Source: Callorhinchus milii
Taxonomy: Eukaryota
Length of the DNA: 64,000 nucleotides
Reading direction: 5' to 3'
NCBI RefSeq assembly: GCF_018977255.1
Contig: NW_024704742.1
Span: forward strand, 107,448,001 to 107,512,000
This document shows, piece by piece, positions 35,858-48,636 of the stretch (position 1 is its first letter; each line of letters opens with the position of its first letter). Both the position numbers and the translations under genes were made by a program. A model generated the notes under the pieces. That model saw only the letters and a program-made list of their open reading frames with translations, was not told the DNA's origin and did no database searches.

Positions 35858-36518
35858 ACATGAGATTGGATGAGCTGAAGAACATTCTGCATCCAGTCCA
35901 ATGTTGTGATCTTGTGACATAAGGACTTCTACTAAACTGTAAAATGATGGAAACCACTGGTTGATAACTGTATGTTACCAAATAGTGAGCATAGGTAAAT
36001 AAACATATTCACTGTAGACTACCATATTATTGTAGAAATTAATGCAAGTAATTTTATGTATAAAATTGCAATGAAGAATGTTAAATTAATTTTTTGATGA
36101 AGCACTAATGAAATCACATTGGTATCTGGCATTTCTAAGTACCTCTTGTGAGAAATGCAATTACATGAGTGTCAACAAACATGGAGAATCCATTGCCTCG
36201 CCTGCATAATGAGCAGATTATGTTCTAAAAGCAGCTGAAGCCAACTCAGCGGTAAAATTGCACAAACCTTTATCAATCTTTCTGTGGTGTACAAGATTTG
36301 AAGCAGAAGTAGTCAAATGCCAAATTCGTAAACTCTGATTTTCTTGTAAGGCCCTTCAAGTCCTTCCTGGTAGGCACAGTAATGGAGTGATATCATGGTA
36401 TTTGGAGTAAGGGAGGTTGCAAAAGGATTCTGCTCATCGATTAGTATCTAGAAATATTGTAAAATTTCTAGATTATTTTAAAGTAACATTTATAATTTCA
36501 AACTACCATGGACTCTGA

Positions 36519-38125
36519 TGGAGTCCTGTAGTGCGATGGTTAGAGCAATCGCCTCGTAAGCGAGAAGACCCGGGGTCCATTCCCGGGCGGAGGAAATCTT
36601 TGGCAAGTTTCCTTTCTCCACATTCCTCTGTTTACCTAGCAGTAAGTAGCAACCTGGTTGTTAGTTGATTGGCGGATCGCTCTCTGGGGTTAATAATCCC
36701 TTAAAAAAAAANATTTGGTTACTTAATCCACGATTGTTTGTAGGACACTGCTGTGCGCAATTGGCTGCTGCGTTTCATGCACAAAATATACAGTCAATTC
36801 ACTTTACAGTATCATAAAATCCTAGAATATTACAGCACAGAAGTAGGCCATTCGGCCCATTGTGTCTTTGCAGACTTTTTGGAAGAGCTACCTAATCAGT
36901 CCCACTGCTCAGCTCAGCTTTTTCCCCCATATCCTTGTAAATATTTCCTCTTCAAGTACCTATCCAATTCCCTTTTGTTATTGAATCTATTTTCACCACC
37001 CTTTTAGGCAATGCATTCCAACTGTAACAACTCTGTGTAAAAGAAATTCTCCTTTTCTTCCCTCTGGTTCTTTTGTGAATTATCTTAAATCTATGTCCCC
37101 TGGTTACCGATCCATCTGGCAGCGGAAACAGTTTCTTCCAATTTACTCTATCAAAACCCCTCATAACTTTGAACATCTCTATTAAATCTCCCCTTAACCA
37201 CAACAACAAATTATACTTGTAAAACGCCCTTCACATCGGAAAGATGCTGCTGGACAGTTAAGGTTTTTGGGGACCCGAGCTGGGAGTTGGGGTCAGGAGG
37301 GATGGAGGGCAGGGGAGTAGGAGTGTATGAAATGCAAGGATTATTGTTATATATTATTATTGCAGGATAGACTTCCAGTGTGGGGCAGTGATGCTGAATG
37401 CCTGACCGCATTGGTGCAGCGGGAAATTTGGGGGACCTGAAGCAGGCCAGTGTCTGCCAAGCGGAGGGAGTGGACAGGCTGATATGGCGTTAGGAGGTCG
37501 GAGAGGTAGAGGGGAGCAAGACTTTGGAGGGCTTTGAAGGTTAGAACGAGGGTTTTGTACTTGATTCTCTGCGGGATGGGGAGCCAGTGAAGCCGGGTAA
37601 GAATGGGGGTGATTGATGTGGGAGAGGACACGAGCTGCAGCGTTTTGAATAATCTGCAGCTTGAGGAGGGAAGAGTTGAGAAGTCCTGCATGCAGGCTCT
37701 AAGGAGAACACCCCCAGCTCCTCTAGTCTCTCCAAATAACTAAAGTCATTCATCCCTGTTGCCATTCTGTTAGTTCTCCTCTGCACCCTCTCCAAGGCCT
37801 TGATATCCTTCCTAAAGTGTAGTGTCCAGAATTGGACACAATGCTCCTGCTGAGGCCTAACCAGTGACATATAAAGGTTTAGCAGAACTTCCTTACTTTT
37901 GTACTCTATGCCTCTATTTATAAAGCCAAGGATCCCATATGCTTTTTTAACAGCTTTATCAACCTGTCCTGTCACCTTCAAAGACCTGTTTATGTGAACT
38001 CCCAGGTCTCTCTGCTACTGAACCCCCTTTAAAACTGTACAATTTAAGTGTATAATCTGTGGAGCGCTTTGAAACTTCTCGACAACGTGATAAGGCGCTA
38101 TGTCAAATGCAAAGATTATTATGAT
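36519..38125 (+). mobile_element. Long-variant SINE (36519-36812, resuming ~38050-38125) split by a minus-strand CR1 (~36813-38050), itself split by a minus-strand L2 fragment (~37200-37692)
   Basis: The SINE body stops at cactttacagtat and its tail resumes after the CR1. CR1 ORF pieces KKAYGILGFINRGIEYKS and LRGDLIEMFKVMRG flank L2 sequence encoding [16 protein letters not shown]. Confidence 0.82.
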
Positions 38126-38374
38126 AATGTTATTTGTTATTCTCCACTTGCTTAAATTAAAATGTCCATTATCCACTGTAAGTTTAAGTAAGCTAACTAG
38201 TTGAGCACACACTTTGTGTTAGATGTTTAAGGTATCATTATGCTTTCCTATACTTTAATAGCTTCTTAATTCAATCTTTTATAATCCGAACAGACACTGT
38301 CATCTTCATTATGCTTATTGCTAGCTGTAATTGAAGTTGTCCATTATGATGACTCCTTCATTACATCCTAAAAA

Positions 38375-38512
38375 AAGAGGGATTAGGGAATATGGGGATA
38401 GGGCAGGTAATTAGAGTTAGGTCTGAAGATCAGCCATGATCTTATCGAATGGTGGGGCAGGCTCGAGGGGCCGAATGGCCTACTCCTTCTCCTAATTCTT
38501 ATGTTCTTATGT
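38375..38512 (+). mobile_element. CR1 extreme 3' end
   Basis: gatcagccatgatcttatcgaatggtggggcaggctcgaggggccgaatggcctactcct...ttcttatgttcttatgttctt. Confidence 0.85.
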
Positions 38513-38998
38513 TCTTATTTAACTATCTCTTCCACTTACATCTTAATACTCAGTCTTTGGGAGGAACAAAGAGCAGAGGTGCTGTATGGCTCCTCCTGAA
38601 TAAAACTGTAGTGCATCAAAAAATTACTTTAGCTGAGCATGGCACAGCAGGTAGCACTCTCATCTGAGTCAGAAGGTTTCACTTCATGACAGTTTCTGGG
38701 CCTTTGCTGCGTGCAAATTGGCTGCTATGTTTACTTATAAAATGCACGGTCGCTATGCTTTACAGTATATCCTGTGAAACACTTTGAGACATCCTCTCGA
38801 TTTGAAAGGTGGAATATCAAATGTAAGGTTTATTATTAGTAGTAGTGTGAGTTCAAGCTCCACATCAGGAATTTGAAGTCATACAGTCTAAGCCAGAGTG
38901 GTCCAAACTTTTAGCTACTGAGGGCCGGATGCCCTATTTGAGAAACGTCTGCGGGCCACATGAGCAATATTTTTGTGTTTCCTTTCCAGAAATATAAG

Positions 38999-40620
38999 AC
39001 AACAACAACAACAAAATTGCATCTATAGAGCGCCTTTCATGTCGGGAGGATGTCCCAAAGTGCTGAACAGTCAGGTTCAGTCGGGGCCTGAGCATGGGGG
39101 AAGGGGTGGTGTAGAGGTGAGGGAAGGCAGAGAGGTGGGCGGGTGACTAAAGGCACGGTCGAAGAGAAGGGTCTTGAGACCGGCCTTGAAGGAGGCAAGG
39201 AAGGAAGTGAGGTGAAGGGACCGTGGGATGGAATTCCAGAGTATGGGGGCAGAGAAGCCAGCCACCGACGGTAGGGCGTGTCGGGCAGGAGACATGGAGC
39301 AGGCTGGAGCCTGCTGAACAGAGGGAGCGGGCAGGTTGGTAGGGAGTCAGCAGGTCAGAGAGGTGGGAGGGGGCAAGGCCATTGATGGCCTTAAAGGTGA
39401 GGATGAGAATCTTGAACTTGATCCTCTGGGTGATAGGGAGCCAATGGGGTCGGGTGAGGGTGGGAGTGATGGGGTCACGGAGACTGGTGCATGAGAGTAC
39501 ACAATCTGCAGAGTTTTGGATGATCTGCAGCTTGTGAAGGGAAGAGTTGGGAAGGCCGATGAGGAGGGAGTTCCCGTAATCGAGCCTTGATGTGACAAAT
39601 GCGTGGGTGAGGGTTTTGGCAGCTTGAGTGGTGAGGCAGTGGCGGAGTCTGGCAATGTTGAGGAAGTGGTGGTAGGCAGTGCTGGTCATGGCGCGGATTT
39701 CCAGCCGGATGTGGTGATGGACCGTTAGGCTGGATTTGAGCCAAGTGCATTCGGCAGCCCACACCTGGCCCTTAAGCGAGTGGCGGTGGCTGGTGAACCA
39801 GGGTAAGGATCGGAAATAGGAGGCAGTTCGGGAGGTGAGAGGGGCAAGGATGTTGAGTGTGGTGGAGAGGGTGCTGTGGAGAAGAGTAAACCTTTATCAT
39901 CTCAAGGCTGGACTATGGGAACTCTCTCCTCGCCGGCCTTCCCGGTACCTCCCTCCACAAGCTGCAGGTCATTCAGAACTCTGTAGCTCGTGTACTGTCC
40001 CACACCAGGCTTCGCGACCACATCACTCCCACCCTCGCTCGCCTCCACTGGCTCCCCATCCCCCAGAGGATTGATTTCAAGATCCTCATCCTCACCTACA
40101 AGGCCATTCACGGCCTTGCTCCCTCCTACCTCTCCAACCTACTATCCCCCTACCTACCTGCCCGTACCCTCCGTTCCTCTGGCTCCGGTCTGCTCCATGT
40201 CCCCCACCCCAACCGCCCTACCATCGGTGGTCGGGCCTTCAGCTTCTCAGCCCCCAGGCTCTGGAACTCCATCCCCCAGTGCCTTCGCCTTGCTTCCTCC
40301 CTTTCCTCCTTCAAGGCCGGTCTCAAAACCTTTCTCTTTGACCATGTCTTCAGCTCCCCTCTCGACTCTCTACCCCATCCTCGTTCGCTCCCTTCCCTCC
40401 CCTCACCCTGACCATTTCCCCCCTGCTCGGGTCCTGACCCAACTGTACAGTGCCTTGGGTCGTCCTCCCGACGTGAAAGGCGTTCTATAAATGGAATCTT
40501 GTTGTTGTTGTTGTAAACGCAGCTAGTGGGTTGGTGCAAGAGGTGGGCCAAAGGGGGAGGAGTTCAGAGGACAAGTTATGGAGGGAGCGGATGAAGTGGA
40601 GCGGGGTGGGGGTGGGGTGG
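38999..40620 (-). mobile_element. Older L2 with a ~1.3-kb internal deletion removing the RT core; interrupted by a young L2
   Basis: 39000-39698 matches the L2 3' end. 39700-39890 and 40519-40620 match the pre-RT linker (intact copy ~50755-51100). Confidence 0.85.
39892..40512 (+). mobile_element. Young L2, 5'-truncated, TSD (G)TAAAC
   Basis: High similarity to the intact L2; GTAAAC at 39886-39891 and 40513-40518. Confidence 0.93.
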
Positions 40621-42857
40621 TAAGGAGCAGATGAAATCAGCCAGCGGCTAGATGCGGGCCATCGGCCGCTAGTTGGAACACCCTGGTCTAAGCTAACAGT
40701 CCAATACAGTGCTGGAGGGGCATTACATATTGGGAGTGCCATCCTTTGGATTTCACATTAAGCCGAGGAAGCATGTGCCTGATCATGTGCATGCTGAAGA
40801 TCCCATGACACAATGCAAAAAGAGAAGGAAGTTTCTCCTGATGTCCAAGCCAACAATCCTCCAGATAACATTGGTCATTCACTTCATTGCAGTTTGTGGG
40901 CATTGCTATGCACAAATTGGTGGCCGCGTTTGCCTATAAAATGCAGTCACAGCACTTTACAGTGTCCTGTGACACACTTTGAGACATGCTCTTGACGTGA
41001 AAGCACTACATCAAATGCAAGATTTATTAAATGTTCCTCACTGATTAATGCCTTGGTTGCTGTCAGCAAGATAGGTGAGCACAGCAGTTACCCTCACTCG
41101 AACAAGCAGTGCATAACCTGGACACAACCATTTAAATACTTTATAACGTTTCGTGCATGTTGCAGAAAAAACATTTGCTTATTCACTTCAAGCCTCTAGA
41201 AACAGTGGACTCCAGACCAATCTGTTATACTTACTTGACATCTATAATTCCTGAGGGATGCTTCGCTTTCATCAACACAACTATCCCTGCACCATTAATA
41301 CATGTCAACCATTGCAAAATCAATAAAACACCTCAGAAATGTCAGTGGCTTACTCAGCTCCATTACTTATGTTGCTTCTAAGTGCTGTAAACAGTAGCAC
41401 AGGGTGTTGACACTGAAGCTGTGTATTGTGTGAATAGAATAACCTCTTTGGAGAACAATGTGCCAAAGCCACTTGTTTGCATACAGGCAAACTGTGAGCC
41501 AAACATTATGCGCAATGTAATGCATTATAAATAACTTCATTGCGCTTCCAGCATTTCGTGGAATTCAAAAAAAGGAAGGGAGACCGTGCAAAAGAGTGAA
41601 TGCACGCTTATACATTTAACTTTCAATGTCTCTAATTTCCTAGTAGTTACTTCCTTTGAGTTGCACTGACTTTAGGTTCTTGCTCTTCAATTGTGTGCTC
41701 TGGCAAATCTGCATTTAGTGAACTCCATACCATCTTGCTGCCACTGAATACCTGGAGGTCGTGGAGAGAACAGCAACAAGATTGATCCACAGTGTTGAGA
41801 AAAGACCTTTGAGGGGCAACTGAATAGGCTAGAGCACTTCAGCTTCAAAAAGAGATGTCTCAGAGGGAATCTTCTTGAGGTTTATAAGATGCTCAAGTAG
41901 GGATCATGTCATTCAGCAGTGCAAACCAGATTTTCTCCTTCATAGTCCAGGATCACTGAGGCTAATTGCAGTACCCCAGTACTTTAAGAGGATTCAAGAA
42001 GAAGTTAGACCTTCATTTGAGAGGAATAGAAGGGTGTGGGTGGGAGTAAGAAATGGGTGAAGACTCATAAGGAGTTTAAACACTGACACAGACTGGTTGA
42101 GTCGAGTGGTCTGATTCTTTGTAACTGCTTGGATTGCCATCAGCTAACTAAGCATTGAATTTGGAATCATTGAGGTTAAGAATGTCTCAGTGCATTCGGA
42201 ACTGAACTCTTATTTCTATTTCTATTCCTAAACATCTTGTGAGATTCAGTGTTCATTTCCCAAACTATTTTGTTATGGAGTTAATAATGTCAAAAGAACT
42301 CTTGATTGAGAGGTGCACATGTTCTTGAACAAAATATTTATATTGGAAGTAGGGATGGTGTGAACGGTTGGAACCAGGATGTTGGCAGATTAACGGGAGT
42401 TGTAGGCTGTATGGAATTGGAGGCCAAGAGCAGTGTTGTGATAACAGAGAGCGAGTGTTAAACCTGGCAAAATTGAAGGAAAAAATTCAGTGTTCCTTAA
42501 TGCATTCCTTCTCACAAGCTCACAAGATTGGTTTGGATGAAGAAGACTCTTCAGCCCATTGGATATCATCCTCCAGAACACCCATCCTCCCAACCTCCCA
42601 TCAGAGCATTAAGGTGATTTTTAAATGAGTCCAGTGTCCTGACCTCAACCACCTTTCCTGGCAACCTCTTCCAGTCATTAATTACCCTCTGGGTAAAGAA
42701 ACATGTGTTACTTTTTGATGGTAGTTTCCGTTACCTTCACCTTCAGCTTCTCTCCCTCCCCTCCTTCCATCACGGGCTCCCAGTCAACTGTATGAAGCAC
42801 TTTGAAATGTATCTCCGACATGAAAAGTGCTATGTAAATGTAACTTGTTGTCATTAA

Positions 42858-43510
42858 CAATAATAATAATCCTTGCATTTGATATAACGCCTTATCATGT
42901 CTTCGGGACATCCTAAAGCGCTTCCCAGAATATACTGTAAAGTGAATAGACTATGTTTTTGGGGTGAAATGAGGCAGCCAATTGTGCACAGCAGTGTCCT
43001 ACTATTACCCCTGGAAAAGCGATCCACCAATCGACTAACAACCAGGTTACTACTTATTGCTAGGTAAACAGAAGTGTGTGGAATAAGGAAACTTGCCTTT
43101 TCAGAGCTTTTACATAATTAACCATTCTATCCTCTTCCACCACCTCTCCTCTCACCTCAACCTTCATGGTACTGTCCTTTCGCCCAAGAGCGAAACCTTG
43201 AGCAAGTTTCCTTACTCCACACACCTAATAATAATCCCTCCAAAAAAAAACAATAATAAATTGGTCATTTTCAATCCACGACTGTTTGTGGGACACTGAT
43301 GTTCGCAATTTGCTGCCACATTTCGCCCACAAATATACAGTCAATTCACTTTACAGCATATTCTGTGAAGCGCTGTGAGACGTCTAGAAGACGTGAAAAG
43401 CGCTATATCAAATGCAAGGATTATTATTATTATTAACACCCTGCCAGGAATCAAACCCAGGTTTCTAGCTTAAGAGGCGAGTGCTCTAACCTTTGAGCTA
43501 CAGGACTCCA
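42858..43510 (-). mobile_element. Long-variant SINE with a nested plus-strand L2-fragment/SINE chimera (43097-43435)
   Basis: The minus SINE is broken at ggaaacttgcc and resumes at accctgccagg. The insert is an L2 RT piece followed by a headless short-variant SINE. Confidence 0.82.
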
Positions 43511-44569
43511 CTCATTGTATTTAATGTAGGATTCAGTTAAGAAACAGCGCAAATTTTACCCCATAGTGCACTACAACTATATGGTTGTGCAACATCCATA
43601 TAAAGCATGAAAAACAACAAAAATTTACTATATTTCTGAAAATAACTGGCTCCTTTGAATGTCTAACTGTGAGAATGAAGAGAAATGATCAACTAATTAA
43701 CCAAATGCATAAATTATTAAAGTTACACAAGTATAGTGCAATTCTCTGATTTTCCTCTGTGTAACCCAGTTTGATAAATCTAAGGCAGTGATCAAAGGAT
43801 TAAGTAATGCTCCAGCACTAAATGGCCTTGTAATGAGCAGGTAATGAGGCTGTTAGTGCAAGCTGAGGGCCTATAGGGGTAGTTGAGAGTTACTAGACTT
43901 TATTTTTATTGTCCAGCTCAGTTTGGAACTGGCATTGAGTTCTATTGAAGGGAAGCAAACCTGCAAGGAATGATTTTATAATGAAATGAGTTGGTGTGGT
44001 AATGATTTGGAAAGTTCCTGTTGGGAGACTACTGCTGTTCTTGGCTTGGCTGCCAATGACAGATAATATTGCACTGTCTATCCTGTGTTTCAGTGGCAGC
44101 CAGTTTCTGATTATTTACTGAACTTTCCTGCAATCAGGCCAAACCGAGTGCATCTTTCCAGGCAAAATAATCAACAAAAACAACAACTTGCATTTATATG
44201 GTGCCCTTCACTTAAGAAGTGTTTTCACAAGGATGTGGTCAGACTTTGAAGGAGGGGAAAGGCGAGGTGACTATAAACACCTAAGAAGAGGTAGATTTTT
44301 AGGCGGCATTTAAAGATGGATTCTCTATAGTTAGGTACATTTGAGATGTGCAATAAATTACTCAATCTGTAACTGAAACAACCTTGACAAACAGAACCAC
44401 CCTACATCACTCAAGAGAATCCAGACACAAACAGAAAGTTTCAACTTTAAGGAAAAGTTTGAAGCACAGATCTTTTACACTAATATTATAATCACAACAT
44501 CTCACTGGGGTTCCATTTTTCGTTATTTATCACTTTTCAATGTGCAGGGGAAGGACATAGAGCAACCCA

Positions 44570-44935
44570 CAGCTGATTTGCTCTTTCGGCATCTTTGCAA
44601 TTTATAATAAAAATAATAATCTTTGCATCTGTTACAGTGTTGTTCACATTAGAAGGATACGTGAAAGTGCTACACAGTTTACACAACAAAGGGAAATTAT
44701 TGTGTTTAGTAGTTTGCAAATGCGGCACAGACAATTTGCACACAGTCTTATAAACAGCCCTGAAACGCATGACCTGTTTTGGGGAGGGGAGGATTACTAA
44801 CCAAGACACCAAGAGAAACTTGCTCCTTTTTTTATGAACAGTGCCATGCAATCTTTAATGTTTGCCTCAACAGGCAGCTGGAGAATCAGCTTGACATCTC
44901 ATCTGAAGATGCAGCAGATCCCAGCACTGCAATGG
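44570..44935 (-). mobile_element. Degenerate DeuSINE
   Basis: aaagattgcatggcactgttcataaaaaaaggagcaagtttctcttggtgtcttgg on the minus strand. Confidence 0.65.
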
Positions 44936-45037
44936 AGAATTTTTTTNACAGCTTTTGGAGACTGCCTTTCATGTGGGGTAGTAACTCTTTAATTACACTT
45001 TACACCTTGAAATTAGACCTTGATTGGGGAAAATATA

Positions 45038-45320
45038 TTAATAATAATAATAATCCTTGCATTTGATATAACATTATTGAGACGTCTCAAACCACTTTAC
45101 AGAATATAAAGTGGATTGACTGTACTTTGTGGGTGAAACGCGGCAGTCAATTGTGCACGGTGATGACCCACAAAAAGTTGTGGATCGTATAACCAAATTT
45201 TTATTATTTGGGGGGGGATTATTACCCCCGGAGAGCGATTCGCCAAATAACAACTGGGTTCCTACTTACTGCTAGGTAAACAGAGGCTTAGTAAGGAAAC
45301 ATGCCTAAAGTTTTGCCACA
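45038..45320 (-). mobile_element. Long-variant SINE, head truncated
   Basis: cctctgtttacctagcagtaagtaggaacccag segment plus the tail. Confidence 0.8.
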
Positions 45321-45877
45321 ACCCGCCCAGAAATTTTGTTTGATGTGATATTTATGACCAGTGATCCCACTTGGGATTGGGAAAATGTTGAATTGGACTG
45401 CCAAAAAATGAACATTTCACTTTACAGTGAACTAAAAATTTATTTTGAAGAAAAAAGTTTAATCAGTTATAATGAGTTATGGAATCAAAAATGGATTGGC
45501 TTGCCATATTCAAAACAAAGGCAGATCAACTGCCTGGAGGGAAAAACTCTTCTCTGGGATATCAAATTTAAGGATTATTTATTCTTAAGTGTGTGTGGGG
45601 GCAGTGGGGGAGAGGACTGTGTTTCGGTCCCAAACTTATCCTTAAAACCAAGACCCAACGTTCACATTTTCTGTCCTTATAATAAATATCACCAGTGCAC
45701 ACATTAGCACAGTTTCACACAAACAGCAACTCCAAGTCCATCAGGCTACACGTTGATTGTTAATTTAGTTATTATTAATTTAATTTGTGAGTTATTATTC
45801 ATGTTATTTCATACTTCTAACATGGCTTTGATATTGAATCAAACAAAAACAGAAAACAATCTGAAAACAAAGGTACT

Positions 45878-46200
45878 TGCATGATAGGGAAAAGCTGTTT
45901 CTGCTGGTAGGTGTGTCTGTGACTCGTAGTCACAGTCTTAGGATATCTACCAAAAGAAGCAGAGGGGAGGTAAGAAGAAATTTTTTCACTCAGCGAGTTG
46001 TTAGAATTTGGAAGTCCGATTCGATAACAGCTTTTAAGAGAGAACTGGATAGGTATCTGGAGAAGACAGGTTTGCAGGGTTATGGGGAGAAAGCTGGTGA
46101 GTGGGGTTAATAAAAGTCAGTTGCTCTGTCAAAGAGCCGGCACAGACTCGATGGGCCGAATGGCCTCCTTCTGTGCCGTAATATTCTATGATTCTATGAT
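45878..46200 (+). mobile_element. CR1 3' end
   Basis: DREKLF...RRNFFTQRVVRIW; gatgggccgaatggcctccttctgtgccg followed by attctatgattctatg. Confidence 0.88.
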
Positions 46201-46244
46201 TGACACTCTGCAGTAATCTCGGCTCATCATGACTGAGAGTGAAA

Positions 46245-46467
46245 GGCAAAATACTGCAGATGCTGGAAATCTGAAGTAAAAACAGAAGTCGCTGGCAACA
46301 CTCAGTAGGTCAGGCAGCATACATGGAGAGAGGAAAGTGAGTTAACTTTAACGATGACCTTTCGTCTGAACTGGGAATGTCAATGACCTGAAACGTTAAC
46401 TCACTTTCCTCTCTCCATATACGCTGCCTGACCTGCTGAGTGTTCCCAGTGACTTCCATTTTTACTT
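46245..46467. mobile_element. Palindromic element of the Penelope pseudo-LTR type common in cartilaginous fishes
   Basis: ~73-bp inverted arms at 46274-46346 and 46395-46467; begins caaaatactgcagatgctggaaatctgaa. The family assignment is from recall. Confidence 0.65.
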
Positions 46468-48139
46468 ATGGCTGAGAGAAATATTAGTTTAAGTCCATTA
46501 TAGTCACATTTGCCTACAGATACGCAGTTACTTTACATAGAATCATTGAAATTTAGTAACATTTTTCAATGGTATAGAATTGATACCACGTTTACATTCC
46601 TGGTTTGTTTCCAGAAGCAACTACCTGAATTGGAGTCAGATCTCCAGTTGACTCCACATTCCAACTTGACATAAAAAGTTGCTGAGCCACATCGAGAAAG
46701 CCTAGAAGTTTCCGTTCCTGTGTACGATACTTTTCATCATTAAGTAAGGACTCTGATGTCACTGCATCACTGGCTAAGGACTACGATGACACCACAATAT
46801 TTGCACACACTCAAACCACCGTAAGATATTTTTGGCTTCTCCCTTCACAAAAATAGCCGGAAGAAAGGCCACGAGATTTTTAGGTGCACGTCTACAATTC
46901 CATTGCTCTCTCCCTGCCTTTACTCTATCACCTCGCTCCCTATTTAATTATCTTTAAGTCCCACCCGAAAACCTTCCCCTTTTCCCTTACTCAGCATCCA
47001 AGCTCGGCACTGTGAAGCATTCAGAGATGTTGCATTTATATAGTGAAGCGCATTATACAAATGCAAGTTTATGCTTGGATTGTAGTCAAAAACAAGTCTA
47101 ACGTTAGTTGACGGATGCACAAGCATCATAATAATGGCATCTCAACATTTACACCAAGGTGTCAGGACATTGGCACATATGCAGACATGATTTGACATAG
47201 GCGAGGCTTGAAGGCTGTGTAAAATCAATAGGAACTCTGATTTTCCAGCTGCTTTTCAGGACTCTGGCACCCTGGAGAACCACAAAGTGGTTAACTAGTT
47301 AGAATTGACTTTATTTATAATTGTGAATATAATGCAGCTTCTACTGTATCTCCATGTCCAAAGCAAACTCTGACTCTCTTTTTTCAATGTTCAACTTTTC
47401 AAATAGGCACAGTGGGATAAAGAAAACAGTTTGAGACACAAGAAAGAGCAGGCTGTCACTTAGCACAGCCCAAGCCAAATGCCATACTGTGAATCAACAC
47501 AAAACACCATGCTAGTGGTAATCTCAACAATACACATAATTAGGTCTGTTTTGACAGACTTTGCTCTGCATGCAGTGAACCAAGCCAATTTGGAACACAT
47601 AAATACTCTATTCATACACAATACATTTGAGGTTTCAGATAGGCACTCTACATTGTTGGCAGACATAAGCTACCCATCATTAAAATTCATTTTCATACAT
47701 AACATCTGCTTGAACCCATGTCTCCGTTTCTTAGCTGCAAACCACTGTAAAACAATGCCTTAACATCTTGTAACACCAATAGAAGGGGGAGGAGGGAGAG
47801 AGGAGAGGTAGTGAAAGATGGAGGATAATATTTTAAAAAGTACCTTCTTTTTAAGATTTCCCGATTTAATATTTCTCTGAAGATGTGTTTCACATTCAAT
47901 TCACTCAAAGACGTGATAAGGCACTATATCAAATGCAAGAACTATTATTATTAGTATGATTATCTTAAGTAAACTGCAATTGTTTTGCAGTTCATCTTAT
48001 AAATCTCCATGCTCTTTAATTTATCAATACATGCCATTTGTTTCCTGTTTTTGGTCAGCTGAATGTCTGACACATGCAGAAACCTATTGTCATGCTTCAC
48101 CATTTTCAAATACATATGACACCTACTCATGAAAATTCC

Positions 48140-48545
48140 CATGTGAGTGAAATGGAATTTGCATACTTTCCCTGGAGGGATGCAGCCTTCTTATGTAATT
48201 TCAGTGTGTATTGGATCCAAGTTGGTGAGAGCCAAGATTTGGGGACCTAAGAGCGTGCGTTGGGGTACTGCTGGAGTTCAAACAGCTAGTTTGCCATTGA
48301 GAGCACTGTCTAACGAACTTCAAATTGTTTGTCCAGTGAGGACCACTCTACCCATTTGGACTTTGGCACGCTTGCTCAGTGGGGAAAAATCCCTGCTCCT
48401 AATACCTGTTTTTTCCCTCCAAGTCCTATCGATGAGCTAGTCTGGGTGGGCTGTCATCAGCAATTCTCTGGAGTACTGCAGATCCTCTAGTTCAGGAAGT
48501 GGTCTGCCGATACTGCTCCCAAGGATTGACTCGATTCCAACAATC
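48140..48545 (+). repeat. Unclassified ancient interspersed repeat, copy 3 of 3
   Basis: See 12705-13170. Confidence 0.65.
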
Positions 48546-48636
48546 CGTTGCCCAGCATGTCATCTTGAAGCCAGCTCAGCCCCAAGGAGACCCCGCTTAC
48601 CTCCTCCCAGCCAGGAAGATAATCACTAGTTAATTA

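Larger units (their letters stand above)
38894..40685. mobile_element. hAT (Charlie-like) MITE, same family as 26119, split by two nested L2 insertions
   Basis: Termini CAGAGTGGTCCAA / TTGGAACACCCTG and a perfect 8-bp TSD GTCTAAGC (38886-38893, 40686-40693). It sits inside a DeuSINE spanning ~38632-41030. Confidence 0.88.

Noticed and set aside
36712..44947. Two single N bases (36712 and 44947)
   Set aside because: Assembly ambiguities next to homopolymers, not biological.
45336..45707. 123-aa ORF in unique sequence
   Set aside because: Non-ATG start, no recognisable domain or splice context; consistent with chance.
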